This document shows positions 17,061-26,244 of a stretch of 39,157 nucleotides of DNA, piece after piece (the first letter of the stretch is position 1; every line of letters starts with the position of its first letter). The translations under genes and the position numbers were made by a program. Source of the stretch: Lachnospiraceae bacterium (lineage in GTDB: Bacteria; Bacillota; Clostridia; Lachnospirales; Lachnospiraceae); contig JAJQGR010000100.1 of NCBI GenBank assembly GCA_021200345.1, positions 1 to 39,157 on the forward strand, in the 5' to 3' direction. A model generated the notes under the pieces. It was not told where the DNA came from. It made no database searches and worked only from the letters and a program-made list of their open reading frames with translations.

Positions 17061-18187
17061 TGATGAAAGCCAATATCATTTCCTATTTACGGACATATGG
17101 ACAGGAAAGCTTTCAGCAGAGGGCATTCAATGGAGTGGATGCCCTTATTTTGTGCCAGTTTTCCTATTTGAAATTTAACGGGATCATTCCGGAAGTCCGT
17201 GATTTTCCGGCCATGGTGACTCTGCTGGATATCTGGAGGAATCAAAACCGGGAGAGAATGTTCTATGATACCCGGTTTGAGGAGGAAAACCGGGCGCTGG
17301 CTGAGCAGCTTCTGTTGTCCGGGCGGTTTCGACAGGTTCGTTTCGGCCTGTTTACCGATTTTGTGGATGAGGGGAAAAAGGTGCAGTTTTCCACCCTGAC
17401 CTGTGTGCTGGAGGATGGCAGCGTAAAAGTCATTTACCGGGGCACGGATGAAAGTCTGGCGGGCTGGCGGGAGGATATGGACATGGCCTTTACCTATCCG
17501 GTACCAGGCCAGGAGATGAGCAGCCGCTATCTGGAGCATGTGGCCGGACTCCTTACCGGACCGTTGGACATTCTGGGACATTCCAAGGGAGGCAATCTGG
17601 CGGTGTACGCGGCCATGAACGCCGATGAGGCAGTGCTGGGCAGAATCGGTACCATTTACAATATGGACGGCCCCGGCTTTAAAAAGGGCGTCTGCCAGAT
17701 GGAGCTTTTTGACAAAGTGGCGCCCAAAATCCGGAAGTTCATTCCCCGTTCTTCCCTGGTGGGCATGATTTTGGAAAACTTCGGAGATTATCAGGTGGTG
17801 GACAGCAATGCCGTAGGACTTTTACAGCATTTCCCCAGCTCCTGGTCGGTGGAGGGAACAGATTTTGTCTATCTGGAAAAGCTGGATGAACCGCAGCGGA
17901 TGATCAACGATTCTGTCAGGGAATGGCTGGACCGCTTAAGCGAGGAGGAGCAGCGGGATTTTGTGGATACGCTGTTTGAGATACTGCAGGCCAGCGGGGT
18001 CAGTGATCTGGTGGAGTTTACACAGGACTATAAGGGCTGTATTTCCAGAATGTGGACCGCACTGCAGCATCAGGATCCGGACAAAAGAAAACGGGCCGCC
18101 GGCGTGATCCGGCTGCTGTTTCAGGTTTCCGGACAGACGATCAGAAGCGAGACCTTTGCCCGGATTCAGGAGAAACTGGAAAAATAG
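17060..18187 (+). CDS. Mbeg1-like / DUF2974 alpha/beta-hydrolase (predicted lipase-esterase fold)
   Basis: Nucleophile elbow GHSKGGNLAVYAA. N-terminal DALILCQFSYLKF pattern typical of DUF2974. The ATG overlaps the TAA stop of the TPR gene. Confidence 0.75.
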   Translation: MMKANIISYLRTYGQESFQQRAFNGVDALILCQFSYLKFNGIIPEVRDFPAMVTLLDIWRNQNRERMFYDTRFEEENRALAEQLLLSGRFRQVRFGLFTDFVDEGKKVQFSTLTCVLEDGSVKVIYRGTDESLAGWREDMDMAFTYPVPGQEMSSRYLEHVAGLLTGPLDILGHSKGGNLAVYAAMNADEAVLGRIGTIYNMDGPGFKKGVCQMELFDKVAPKIRKFIPRSSLVGMILENFGDYQVVDSNAVGLLQHFPSSWSVEGTDFVYLEKLDEPQRMINDSVREWLDRLSEEEQRDFVDTLFEILQASGVSDLVEFTQDYKGCISRMWTALQHQDPDKRKRAAGVIRLLFQVSGQTIRSETFARIQEKLEK

Positions 18188-18230
18188 ACTGCAGCCGATG
18201 ATTTTTTTATATCGTTTTTAGGTTCAAACC

Positions 18231-18259
18231 TTGTAAGTTTTGCCAATTCATGGTAAGAT
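18231..18259 (+). promoter_or_regulatory. weak candidate promoter for kduI
   Basis: TTGTAA (18231-18236), 17-nt spacer, TAAGAT (18254-18259). Confidence 0.3.
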
Positions 18260-18271
18260 TATCCAGAGGTT

Positions 18272-18301
18272 TGTGTGCAATATTGATAAAATTTTCACAC
18301 A
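18272..18301 (+). promoter_or_regulatory. inverted repeat in the kduI leader (possible operator or 5'-UTR hairpin)
   Basis: TGTGTG (18272-18277), 18 nt, CACACA (18296-18301). The spacer contains the palindromes CAATATTG and AAAATTTT. Confidence 0.3.
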
Positions 18302-18319
18302 GGAAGGAGTATTAGTAAA

Positions 18320-19171
18320 ATGGGAATGGATATTCGCTATTCTGCGAACCAGAAGGATGTAAAGCGCTACACCACCCAGGAGCTGCGGGATGAGTTTCTG
18401 ATTCAGAACCTTTACGTGGCCAATGAGATTGTGGCGGTTTATTCTCATGTGGACCGCATGGTAACCGTAGGCTGCATGCCTACCACTGAGGTCGTGCCTA
18501 TTGACAAGGGCATTGACTGCTGGCACAATTTCGGCACCGATTATTTTCTGGAGAGAAGAGAGATCGGTATTTTCAATATCGGGGAGGGGAAGGGCACCAT
18601 CGCAGCCGACGACGAGACCTTTGAAATGGGCTACAAGGACTGCCTTTATATTACCAAGGGAACGAAGAAGGTTACCTTTGCCAGCGCCGATCCGGCTCAT
18701 CCGGCCAAATTCTATATGGTCAGCGCGCCTGCCCACTGCTCTTATAAGACCACCTTTATCTCCATTGACGACGCGGCCAAGAGGACTCTTGGCTCTCTGG
18801 AGAATTCTAACAGGCGTACCATCAACCAGTTTATTCACCCGGATGTGCTGCCCACCTGCCAGCTTTCCATGGGTATGACCTGTCTGGAGCCGGGCAGCGT
18901 ATGGAACACCATGCCCTGCCACACTCACGAGCGCCGTATGGAGATCTATACATATTTTGAAGTGCCAAAGGACAACGTGGTTATGCACTTCATGGGCGAG
19001 CCCACTGAGACCAGGCACATTGTGATGCAGAATGAGGAAGCGGTGATCAGCCCCTCCTGGAGCATCCACTGCGCTTCCGCCACGTCCAATTACACCTTTA
19101 TCTGGGCCATGGGCGGGGAGAATCAGGCTTTCGACGATATGGACAATCTGGTGCCCACGCAGTTGAGATAA
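18320..19171 (+). CDS. kduI: 5-dehydro-4-deoxy-D-glucuronate (4-deoxy-L-threo-5-hexosulose-uronate) ketol-isomerase
   Basis: Close full-length resemblance to enterobacterial KduI as I remember it (YFLERRE.G..NIG, NRRTIN, TCQLSMG.T.L.PG..WNTMPCHTHERRME.Y.YF, ETRHIVM.NE.AVISPSWSIH, ENQ.FDDMD). Confidence 0.95.
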   Translation: MGMDIRYSANQKDVKRYTTQELRDEFLIQNLYVANEIVAVYSHVDRMVTVGCMPTTEVVPIDKGIDCWHNFGTDYFLERREIGIFNIGEGKGTIAADDETFEMGYKDCLYITKGTKKVTFASADPAHPAKFYMVSAPAHCSYKTTFISIDDAAKRTLGSLENSNRRTINQFIHPDVLPTCQLSMGMTCLEPGSVWNTMPCHTHERRMEIYTYFEVPKDNVVMHFMGEPTETRHIVMQNEEAVISPSWSIHCASATSNYTFIWAMGGENQAFDDMDNLVPTQLR

Positions 19172-19269
19172 GCGTGATATTTCAGTAAAATCGTGATGGA
19201 GAGGACGGAAGAGATTTTATGTAAATTTCGTCTCCTGTATCATAAATAATGAGAAAGAAGGAGAAGATT

Positions 19270-20061
19270 ATGGTAAGTTTTAGTTTGGAAGGCAAAGTAG
19301 CCATGGTGACCGGCGCGTCCTATGGCATTGGTTTCGCTATCGCCAGCGCATACGCTGAGGCGGGCGCTACCATCACATTCTGCGATATCAAGCAGGAGCT
19401 GGTGGACAAGGGTCTGGCTGCTTACGCTGAGAAAGGCATCACCGCTTATGGTTATGTCTGCAACGTATGCGATGAGGAGCAGGTAAAGGCCATGGTGGCT
19501 CAGATTGAGGAAGAGCACGGCGTCATCGACATTCTGGTCAACAACGCCGGCATCATCAAGAGAATCCCCATGACAGAGATGAGCGCAGAGGCGTGGCGTC
19601 AGGTCATCGACGTTGATCTGACTGGTCCGTTCATCATGTCCAAGGCCTGCATTCCGTCCATGATTACCAAGGGCGGCGGCAAGATTATCAACATCTGCTC
19701 CATGATGTCCGAGCTTGGCCGTGAGACTGTTTCCGCTTACGCGGCGGCAAAGGGCGGCTTAAAGATGCTTACCAGGAATATCTGCTCTGAGTATGGCCAG
19801 TACAACATCCAGTGCAACGGCATCGGACCCGGCTATATTGAGACTCCTCAGACTGCTCCTCTTCGTGAGCGTCAGGCGGACGGCTCCAGACATCCTTTCG
19901 ATCAGTTTATCGTAGGCAGAACGCCTGCCGGACGCTGGCTGCAGACCGAGGAGCTGACCGGACCGGCGGTATTTTTGGCAAGCGAGGCTTCCAACGCGGT
20001 AAACGGACACGTGCTGTATGTGGACGGCGGTATCCTGGCTTACATCGGCAAGCAGCCGTAA
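19270..20061 (+). CDS. kduD: SDR-family 2-dehydro-3-deoxy-D-gluconate 5-dehydrogenase / gluconate 5-dehydrogenase-like (KduD/DhuD type)
   Basis: FSLEGKVAMVTGASYGIGFAIA Rossmann motif, NNAG, and catalytic Y..AAKGG. Lies in the hexuronate cluster. ATG at 19270 follows AAGGAGAAG. Confidence 0.8.
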   Translation: MVSFSLEGKVAMVTGASYGIGFAIASAYAEAGATITFCDIKQELVDKGLAAYAEKGITAYGYVCNVCDEEQVKAMVAQIEEEHGVIDILVNNAGIIKRIPMTEMSAEAWRQVIDVDLTGPFIMSKACIPSMITKGGGKIINICSMMSELGRETVSAYAAAKGGLKMLTRNICSEYGQYNIQCNGIGPGYIETPQTAPLRERQADGSRHPFDQFIVGRTPAGRWLQTEELTGPAVFLASEASNAVNGHVLYVDGGILAYIGKQP

Positions 20062-20074
20062 TACGGAGGACGAC

Positions 20075-20716
20075 ATGCGGATTGCATTGATCAATGAAAA
20101 TTCCCAGGCGGCTAAAAACGCCCTGATCTGCGACACACTGAAAAAGGTAGTGGAGCCCATGGGACATACTGTGGACAATTACGGCATGTATTCCGCGGAG
20201 GATGAAAAGCAGCTGACTTATGTACAGTGCGGCATTCTGGCAGGCGTTCTGTTAAATTCCGGCGCGGCGGACTTTGTGGTCACGGGCTGCGGCACGGGGC
20301 AGGGCGCCATGCTGGCCTGCAATTCTTTCCCGAAGGTGCTTTGCGGCCACATCACCAATCCCCTGGACGCCTACCTGTTCACTCAGGTGAACGACGGCAA
20401 CTGCGCGGCCATGCCCTTTGCACAGGGCTTTGGCTGGGGTGCGGAGCTCAATCTGGAAACCACCTTTGAAAAGCTGTTCGGTACGCCCGGCGGCGGTGGC
20501 TATCCTAAGGAGAGAGTGGTGCCGGAGCAGCGCAATAAGAAGATCCTGGATCAGGTCAAGACAGTAACCCATGCCGATATGGCAGAGATTTTACTTCAGC
20601 TTGACTCTGAACTGGTAAAGGGAGCCCTTGGCGGCGACCACTTTAAGGAGCTGTTCTACGCCAATTGCAAGTGTGAGAAGATGGCGGCGGCCGTGGAGGC
20701 TGTTGTCGGAAAATAA
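20075..20716 (+). CDS. RpiB/LacA/LacB-family sugar isomerase, DhuI-like (candidate non-KduI hexosulose-uronate isomerase)
   Basis: 213 aa. RpiB/LacAB-like core (VVTGCGTGQGAMLACNSFPKV). Sits immediately after the SDR gene and before eda, as in the streptococcal dhuD-dhuI arrangement. ATG at 20075 follows GGAGGA. Confidence 0.6.
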   Translation: MRIALINENSQAAKNALICDTLKKVVEPMGHTVDNYGMYSAEDEKQLTYVQCGILAGVLLNSGAADFVVTGCGTGQGAMLACNSFPKVLCGHITNPLDAYLFTQVNDGNCAAMPFAQGFGWGAELNLETTFEKLFGTPGGGGYPKERVVPEQRNKKILDQVKTVTHADMAEILLQLDSELVKGALGGDHFKELFYANCKCEKMAAAVEAVVGK

Positions 20717-20743
20717 GAATGATCCAAAGGAGAGGGTATTCCC

Positions 20744-21706
20744 ATGAATGAAGTATTACAGAAACTGAATAACATCGGCATTGTGCCGGTGGTTGTGATC
20801 AACAAGGTGGAGGATGCGGTACCGCTTGCAAAAGCGCTCTGCGCCGGCGGTCTTCCCTGCGCGGAGGTGACTTTCCGTACCGCGGCGGCGAAAGACGCCA
20901 TCAAGGCCATGACCGAAGCCTGCCCACAGATGGTGGTAGGCGCCGGCACCGTATTAAACGCGGAGCAGGTGGACGCGGCTGTGGAAGCAGGCGCAACCTT
21001 TATCGTCAGCCCCGGCTTAAATCCCAGAACCGTAAAGTATTGCCAGGAGAAGGGTGTGCCGATTACTCCCGGTACCTCCAGCCCCAGCGATATCGAGCAG
21101 GCCATTGAATTAGGTCTGGATGTGGTGAAGTTCTTCCCGGCGGAGCAGTCCGGGGGTCTTGCCAAGATCAAAGCCATGGCAGGTCCTTATGTGAACATGA
21201 AGTTTATGCCTACCGGCGGCATCAATGCCAAGAATCTGAACGACTACTTAAGCTTCCCCAAGATCATTGCCTGCGGCGGTTCCTGGATGGTTCCGGCCAA
21301 GCTGGTGGATGAGGGGAAGTTCGATGAGATCGAGCAGCTGACCCGCGAGGCAGTGCAGACCATGCTGGGCTTCGAGATTAAGCATGTGGGCATCAACTGC
21401 GCGAACCCGGAGGAGGCAAACGCGACCTCTGAGGCTCTGGCACATGCTTTCAGCTTTGATATCAAGAATGGCAACAGCTCCATGTTCGTGGGCACCGCTT
21501 TCGAAGTGATGAAGACGCCTTATCTTGGCGCCAAGGGACACATTGCCATCGGTACCAACTATATGAACCGTGCCATCGCCTACATGGAGAACCTGGGTGT
21601 AGAGTTCGACTATGACACTGTCAAGAAGAATGACAAGGGCGGCATCAAAGCCATCTACATGAAAGAGGAGATCGCCGGCTACGCGATTCATCTGGTACAG
21701 AAGTAA
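20744..21706 (+). CDS. eda: KDPG/KHG aldolase fused to a C-terminal ~110-aa VOC (glyoxalase-like) domain
   Basis: Eda motifs (EVTFRT, GAGTVL, Schiff-base Lys in VVKFFPAE, MPTGGI) within aa 1-205. From ~aa 209 there is an extra domain, FEIKHVGINCANPEEA...GHIAIGT...IHLVQK. Confidence 0.85.
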   Translation: MNEVLQKLNNIGIVPVVVINKVEDAVPLAKALCAGGLPCAEVTFRTAAAKDAIKAMTEACPQMVVGAGTVLNAEQVDAAVEAGATFIVSPGLNPRTVKYCQEKGVPITPGTSSPSDIEQAIELGLDVVKFFPAEQSGGLAKIKAMAGPYVNMKFMPTGGINAKNLNDYLSFPKIIACGGSWMVPAKLVDEGKFDEIEQLTREAVQTMLGFEIKHVGINCANPEEANATSEALAHAFSFDIKNGNSSMFVGTAFEVMKTPYLGAKGHIAIGTNYMNRAIAYMENLGVEFDYDTVKKNDKGGIKAIYMKEEIAGYAIHLVQK

Positions 21707-21773
21707 GTTTTTCATAATATCCTGCACGGTAGAATGAAAAAGAAGAATCAAAGGTAATTCTGACACTCAAAAA

Positions 21774-21809
21774 GGGCGGCATCGGGCTGAGAATGTCCGA
21801 TGCCCCTTT
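21774..21809 (+). terminator. hairpin after eda (moderate terminator candidate)
   Basis: GGCATCGG (21778-21785) pairs with CCGATGCC (21797-21804). It is flanked by extra G/C pairs and followed by CCTTT. Confidence 0.45.
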
Positions 21810-21877
21810 ACTGTACGGCGGTCCTGACTGTGAAACGAAAGGTCTGTCAGGGGATATACGTCATGAGGAGGTTGGTG

Positions 21878-24847
21878 ATGGAAAGAAACGCCGGGAGGAA
21901 GTCATGGTTGGGAAAGCATACTTTAAGGATCATCAGTGTTGTCGGAATCCTGGCGGCGGTTTTTTTGTGGACAGCGTCAGCGGATACCATGCATGTTTCG
22001 GCGGCCGACATACCGGACGGAACCGCTGATTCTGCCGCATCCACCTTAAACAGCGTGAATTACAAAATCTATTCTTCTCTGAAAAAACAGATTCTGGAGG
22101 TGGCGGAGGGGAAAAGAACATCCACATCTTTCAGTGTGTCTGTCAGCGGACTGGGGCTGAACTGGACTTACAGTCAGCTGGGGCTTGCGAATGGAGCCAG
22201 TGACAGCGCTGTAAAGAGCGCGGTTGATTCTGCTTTCGAGAAAGTGGTAGATATTGATGCCATATATTATTGCCTGAAGAGGGACTGCCCTTATCAGCTG
22301 TACTGGTTTGCGACTTCTTCGGGCATATCCACCAGCCATACATATTCTTATAATGGAAGCTCGGTTTCCACCACAGCCTTAACCATTTACTTCTCTGTCA
22401 GCGACAGCTGCAGCGCCGGCAATTATCAGGTAGATTCTGCCAGGGTGGCCCAGGCCCAGGCCGCAGCGGAAAATGCCTGGGCGATTGTACAGGAATACGC
22501 GAATCTTTCCGATGAGGAAAAGCTGAAAGCGTACGCGAACAGGATCTGCGACCTGGTGAATTATGATTATGATGCGTATCATGCTTATCTGGCGGATTTC
22601 CTTTACCCCAGTGAAAATGGCGACCCCTGGGAGGTGATCAGCGTCTTTGACAATGATCCGGACACCAACGTGGTCTGTGAGGGCTACGCCAAGGCTTTCC
22701 TGTATCTGTGCAATCTGAGCAGCTTTGAAAGCGAAAATACGGCCTGCTTCTATGCCAGCGGAGATGTCAGCTTTGAGGGGAATGAAAGCCACGCCTGGAA
22801 TGTGGTTTCTCTGGATTCCGGCCATTATCTGGTGGATCTGACAAGCTATGACGGAAATCATTCCGCAGAGGAGACGGAAACGAACATCGGTCTGATGCGG
22901 TCGGCAGGCATGTCGGAGGAAGAAATCGCGCAGGAAATGGAGCTTTTTCAATATAACAGCCTGTATTATATGAGGTCTCCTCTCAGCGGAACCTGGGAGA
23001 CCGGCTACACCTTTTCCATGGGTTACGCGGGGGAGACAACCTATGCTTATGATGAATCCACCCGGATGGTTTATTCTGAGGACATTCTGAGCCTGTACAG
23101 CTTGGTAACGCCCACCGTTACCGGCACCACCTGGAAGATTTATGACGGCACCACGGATGTGCTCAGGACGGCAGATCTGGCCATCAGTCTGGATGGCGTA
23201 CTGAGTGCCCATGAGGACCTGGTAACAATCGCCGCCGACTATCAGTATGCCGGCGCGGACGCGGGAGAGAATGTGGATATTTTGATCAGCAATATCTCTC
23301 TGGATGGCGAGGCGGCGGAGTATTACCGGCTTTCTGCGGACAGCCTGACGGTCAGCAGCAAAATTGCGGCAAAGAAGCTGACGGAGGAGATGATTTCCAC
23401 GGATGCCTCCATTTATTATTACAGTGGGGAGGCAATCACACCAAAGGTTACCGTCAGCGATCCGGTGGATGGAATAGAGCTGATCACGGAAGCGGATTAC
23501 AGGGTGGAATATTCGGACAATGCGGAGATTGGAACCGGGATGGTGACTGTCATTGGACAGGGCAATTATACCGGTACCGTAGAACTGCCTTTTGAGATTA
23601 CATATACGCCGGTTCCGGAATGCGTTGTCAGCGGCACGGAGGGAGAGAATGGCTGGTATACCTCTGAGGTCAGCCTCCAGGCTGACGGCTGGATGCTTTC
23701 GGAGGATGGAAATGAGTGGAAAGAGAGCCTGTCTGTGACAGAGGAGGGGGTTCATGAGCTTTCTCTGTACTTCAGGCAAAAGGAAACCGGCTATCTGACG
23801 GAGGCTGTACAGATGGAGCTGAAGCTGGACTGGACGCCCATGGAGATGGAGGAAGGGATCGCTGTGGCAGTGCTGGGAGAGAAAGGAGCGCTGAAGCTGA
23901 ATGTCAGTGAGGCCGGCACGCTGGTTTACATGGTTTCAGAAAAACCCCAGGAGCAGACGGCGGAAACCGGGGGAAGTGAAGAGAACGGGACGCTGGTGGC
24001 GGCCGGGGACAGCACTAAAAGTCGGACTGCGGCGGAAATCCTGGAAAGCACCAAAAGCCGGACTGTGACAGTGGCGGAGGAGGAAATTTCCGGCGTCACC
24101 CTGACTCTTGAGGGCCTGTCAGAGGAAACACAATATGAACTGTGGATGCTGGGGACAGATCAGGCCGGAAATACCAGCGAAATTCCGGTTTTATATGAAT
24201 TTATTGTCCCTACGCTTTCTGGAATGCCGCAGCTTTCCGGAATCTATGGAACCGCGGCGGAGGATATGACTCTGACCGGGGGCAGGGTAACTTATGAAAA
24301 TGCTGAGCTTTCCGGTATCTGGAGCGCGGCGGACAGTGAACAGGCCATGGCTTTTTTGACGGAAGAAACATCCGGCTATCTTCCGTCCGTGGGAGGCACA
24401 GAAAGCTGGATTGTGACCTTTACTCCTGATAATGCTTCAGGTCAGGAGAGCCCGGCCTGGGCAGCGGTATCTGTAGAAGTGGTTCCGTCGGTGAGCAAAA
24501 AGGAAGTGACCGTCACCGTGGAGGACGCTTGGCGCAAACAGGGGGAGGAGAATCCCACCTTTACCTTTACAGTGGAGGAGAATGGCCTGGTTGACGGGGA
24601 TACGCATCAGGATCTGGGGGTGGTGCTGACAACGCAGGCTGTGGAAAGCTCCCCCGCTGGGAAATATGAGATTACCGGCACGGCGGTCAGCGCCAACTAT
24701 CAGGTGATCATTGTCAGCGGGACACTGACAGTCAGACTGACCCCGGGAGCCATTGCCCTGCGGACAGCCGCGGTTTTGGCTTTGGTGCTGGCGGCCCTGG
24801 CGGTGGTTATGGTTTTACGCCGCAATAAAGCGGCAGAAAGGAGATAA
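21878..24847 (+). CDS. large cell-surface protein: signal/anchor sequence, transglutaminase-like Cys-His-Asp core, Ig-like repeats, MBG domain, C-terminal transmembrane anchor
   Basis: N-terminal hydrophobic segment LRIISVVGILAAVFLWTASA. Cys in VVCEGYAKAF (22676-22678), His in SHAWNVV (22790-22792), Asp in YLVDLT (22835-22837). GNYTGTV-type Ig repeat. MBG-like PTFTFTVEENGLVDGDT...GKYEITG...ANYQV. C-terminal AAVLALVLAALAVVMVLRRNK. ATG at 21878 follows GAGGAGG; ATG at 21863 is an alternative start. Confidence 0.8.
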   Translation: MERNAGRKSWLGKHTLRIISVVGILAAVFLWTASADTMHVSAADIPDGTADSAASTLNSVNYKIYSSLKKQILEVAEGKRTSTSFSVSVSGLGLNWTYSQLGLANGASDSAVKSAVDSAFEKVVDIDAIYYCLKRDCPYQLYWFATSSGISTSHTYSYNGSSVSTTALTIYFSVSDSCSAGNYQVDSARVAQAQAAAENAWAIVQEYANLSDEEKLKAYANRICDLVNYDYDAYHAYLADFLYPSENGDPWEVISVFDNDPDTNVVCEGYAKAFLYLCNLSSFESENTACFYASGDVSFEGNESHAWNVVSLDSGHYLVDLTSYDGNHSAEETETNIGLMRSAGMSEEEIAQEMELFQYNSLYYMRSPLSGTWETGYTFSMGYAGETTYAYDESTRMVYSEDILSLYSLVTPTVTGTTWKIYDGTTDVLRTADLAISLDGVLSAHEDLVTIAADYQYAGADAGENVDILISNISLDGEAAEYYRLSADSLTVSSKIAAKKLTEEMISTDASIYYYSGEAITPKVTVSDPVDGIELITEADYRVEYSDNAEIGTGMVTVIGQGNYTGTVELPFEITYTPVPECVVSGTEGENGWYTSEVSLQADGWMLSEDGNEWKESLSVTEEGVHELSLYFRQKETGYLTEAVQMELKLDWTPMEMEEGIAVAVLGEKGALKLNVSEAGTLVYMVSEKPQEQTAETGGSEENGTLVAAGDSTKSRTAAEILESTKSRTVTVAEEEISGVTLTLEGLSEETQYELWMLGTDQAGNTSEIPVLYEFIVPTLSGMPQLSGIYGTAAEDMTLTGGRVTYENAELSGIWSAADSEQAMAFLTEETSGYLPSVGGTESWIVTFTPDNASGQESPAWAAVSVEVVPSVSKKEVTVTVEDAWRKQGEENPTFTFTVEENGLVDGDTHQDLGVVLTTQAVESSPAGKYEITGTAVSANYQVIIVSGTLTVRLTPGAIALRTAAVLALVLAALAVVMVLRRNKAAERR

Positions 24848-24849
24848 AT

Positions 24850-26229
24850 ATGATAAACAAAGCTCTTCTTACCCGGATTCTGGAGAAAGCGCTCTCCACC
24901 GGGGCGGACTTTGCGGAAGTATACGTGGAGCGCACGAAAGAAAATAATATTGCCATGATTGACAGTAAAGTAGATTCCATCACAGATCAGCTGATCAGCG
25001 GCGTGGGGATGCGGATTTTTTCAGGCACCCGCTGCGTTACTGCCTCCTGTACCTCTATGGATGAGGATGCTTTGCTCTCCTGCGCGGGACGAATGGCGGA
25101 TGCCCTGGAGGGCGTCCCGGCTTATCAGACGGTGCATTTACAGGAGCGTCTGTTCGGGGATATTCATCCCATTCGGATGGTGCCGCAGGACGCGTCCCTG
25201 AAAACAAAGACGGATTTGCTGAAGGAAGGATATTTCGCGGCGAAAAACTATCATCCGGATATTTCCCAGGTGCGGGCCAATCTGCTGGATGTGGATCACC
25301 AGATTCTGGTGGCCAACAGCGACGGCCTGTATGCCCGGGACAGACAGATTCGAACCAGAATGGTGGTTAATGCCTTTGCCAGCAAAGGCGGGGAAAAGCA
25401 GAGCGGATCCTGTTCTCCGGGACGAAGGATGGGGCTGGAGATGTTTGACCTGATTTCTCCCAAATCCATCGGAGAGAAAGCCGCCAGACAGGCCCTTACC
25501 ATGTTAAGCGCCGGGTATATCAAAGCCGGACGGATGCCGGTGGCCATTGAAAGCGGCTTCGGAGGCGTGATTTTTCACGAGGCCTGCGGGCATTCCCTGG
25601 AGGCTGCCAGCGTGGCGCCGGGACAGTCTCAGTTCTGCGGGAAATTGGGCCAGCAGATTGCCAATTCCAAGCTGACGGCGCTGGATGACGGCACCATTCC
25701 CAATGCTTGGGGCTCCATGAATATTGACGATGAGGGAACACCGGCCCGCAAAAAGGTGCTGATTGAGAACGGCATCTTAAAATCCTACATGGTGGATAAG
25801 CTGAACGGACGCCGCATGGGGATGGAGAGCACCGGCTCCGGCCGCAGGCAGAGCTATCTTTTTGACCCTACCTCCCGCATGACCAACACCTTTATTGCCA
25901 ACGGCCCTGACCGCAATGAGGATATTATATCCTCCATTGAGTACGGTCTTTACGCGAAAGCCATGGGCGGAGGAAGCGTCAACCCGGTGACCGGAGCCTT
26001 CAATTTCGCGGTCAATGAGGGATATATTATCCGGAATGGTAAAATCTGTGAGCCGGTCCGGGGCGCCAGCCTGATTGGAAAGGGATCGGAAATTCTCATG
26101 GATATCGACATGATCGGCAACAATCTGGAGACGGCCCAGGGCATGTGCGGCGCCTCCAGCGGCAGTATTCCTACGGAGGTGGGCCAGCCCCTGATCCGGG
26201 TGGCTTCCATCACGGTGGGCGGCAGATAA
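24850..26229 (+). CDS. tldD: TldD-family zinc metalloprotease
   Basis: HEACGH motif (25576-25593) and a conserved C-terminal GxC...P region. The start is 2 nt after the upstream stop and follows AAGGAG. Confidence 0.92.
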   Translation: MINKALLTRILEKALSTGADFAEVYVERTKENNIAMIDSKVDSITDQLISGVGMRIFSGTRCVTASCTSMDEDALLSCAGRMADALEGVPAYQTVHLQERLFGDIHPIRMVPQDASLKTKTDLLKEGYFAAKNYHPDISQVRANLLDVDHQILVANSDGLYARDRQIRTRMVVNAFASKGGEKQSGSCSPGRRMGLEMFDLISPKSIGEKAARQALTMLSAGYIKAGRMPVAIESGFGGVIFHEACGHSLEAASVAPGQSQFCGKLGQQIANSKLTALDDGTIPNAWGSMNIDDEGTPARKKVLIENGILKSYMVDKLNGRRMGMESTGSGRRQSYLFDPTSRMTNTFIANGPDRNEDIISSIEYGLYAKAMGGGSVNPVTGAFNFAVNEGYIIRNGKICEPVRGASLIGKGSEILMDIDMIGNNLETAQGMCGASSGSIPTEVGQPLIRVASITVGGR

Positions 26230-26244
26230 GAAGGAGGCGGAAGA

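Noticed and set aside
18248-19069. 273-aa minus-strand ORF opposite kduI. Similar cases lie at 5696-6424 (prfA), 31325-32158 (potD) and 36676-37398 (oppC-like).
   Set aside because: By coordinate arithmetic all are in codon register with well-supported sense genes. They are artefacts of avoided TTA/CTA/TCA codons.
22379-23779. 466-aa minus-strand ORF inside the surface-protein gene
   Set aside because: This is the same in-register antisense artefact (register 2 mod 3 on both strands). It has no family resemblance, and the sense strand has coherent domain architecture.
24700-24847. The C-terminal hydrophobic helix plus basic tail of the surface protein looks like a sortase sorting signal
   Set aside because: No LPxTG, SPxTG or NPQTN-like motif precedes the helix; the nearest sequence is LTPGA. 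A simple C-terminal transmembrane anchor is the safer call.
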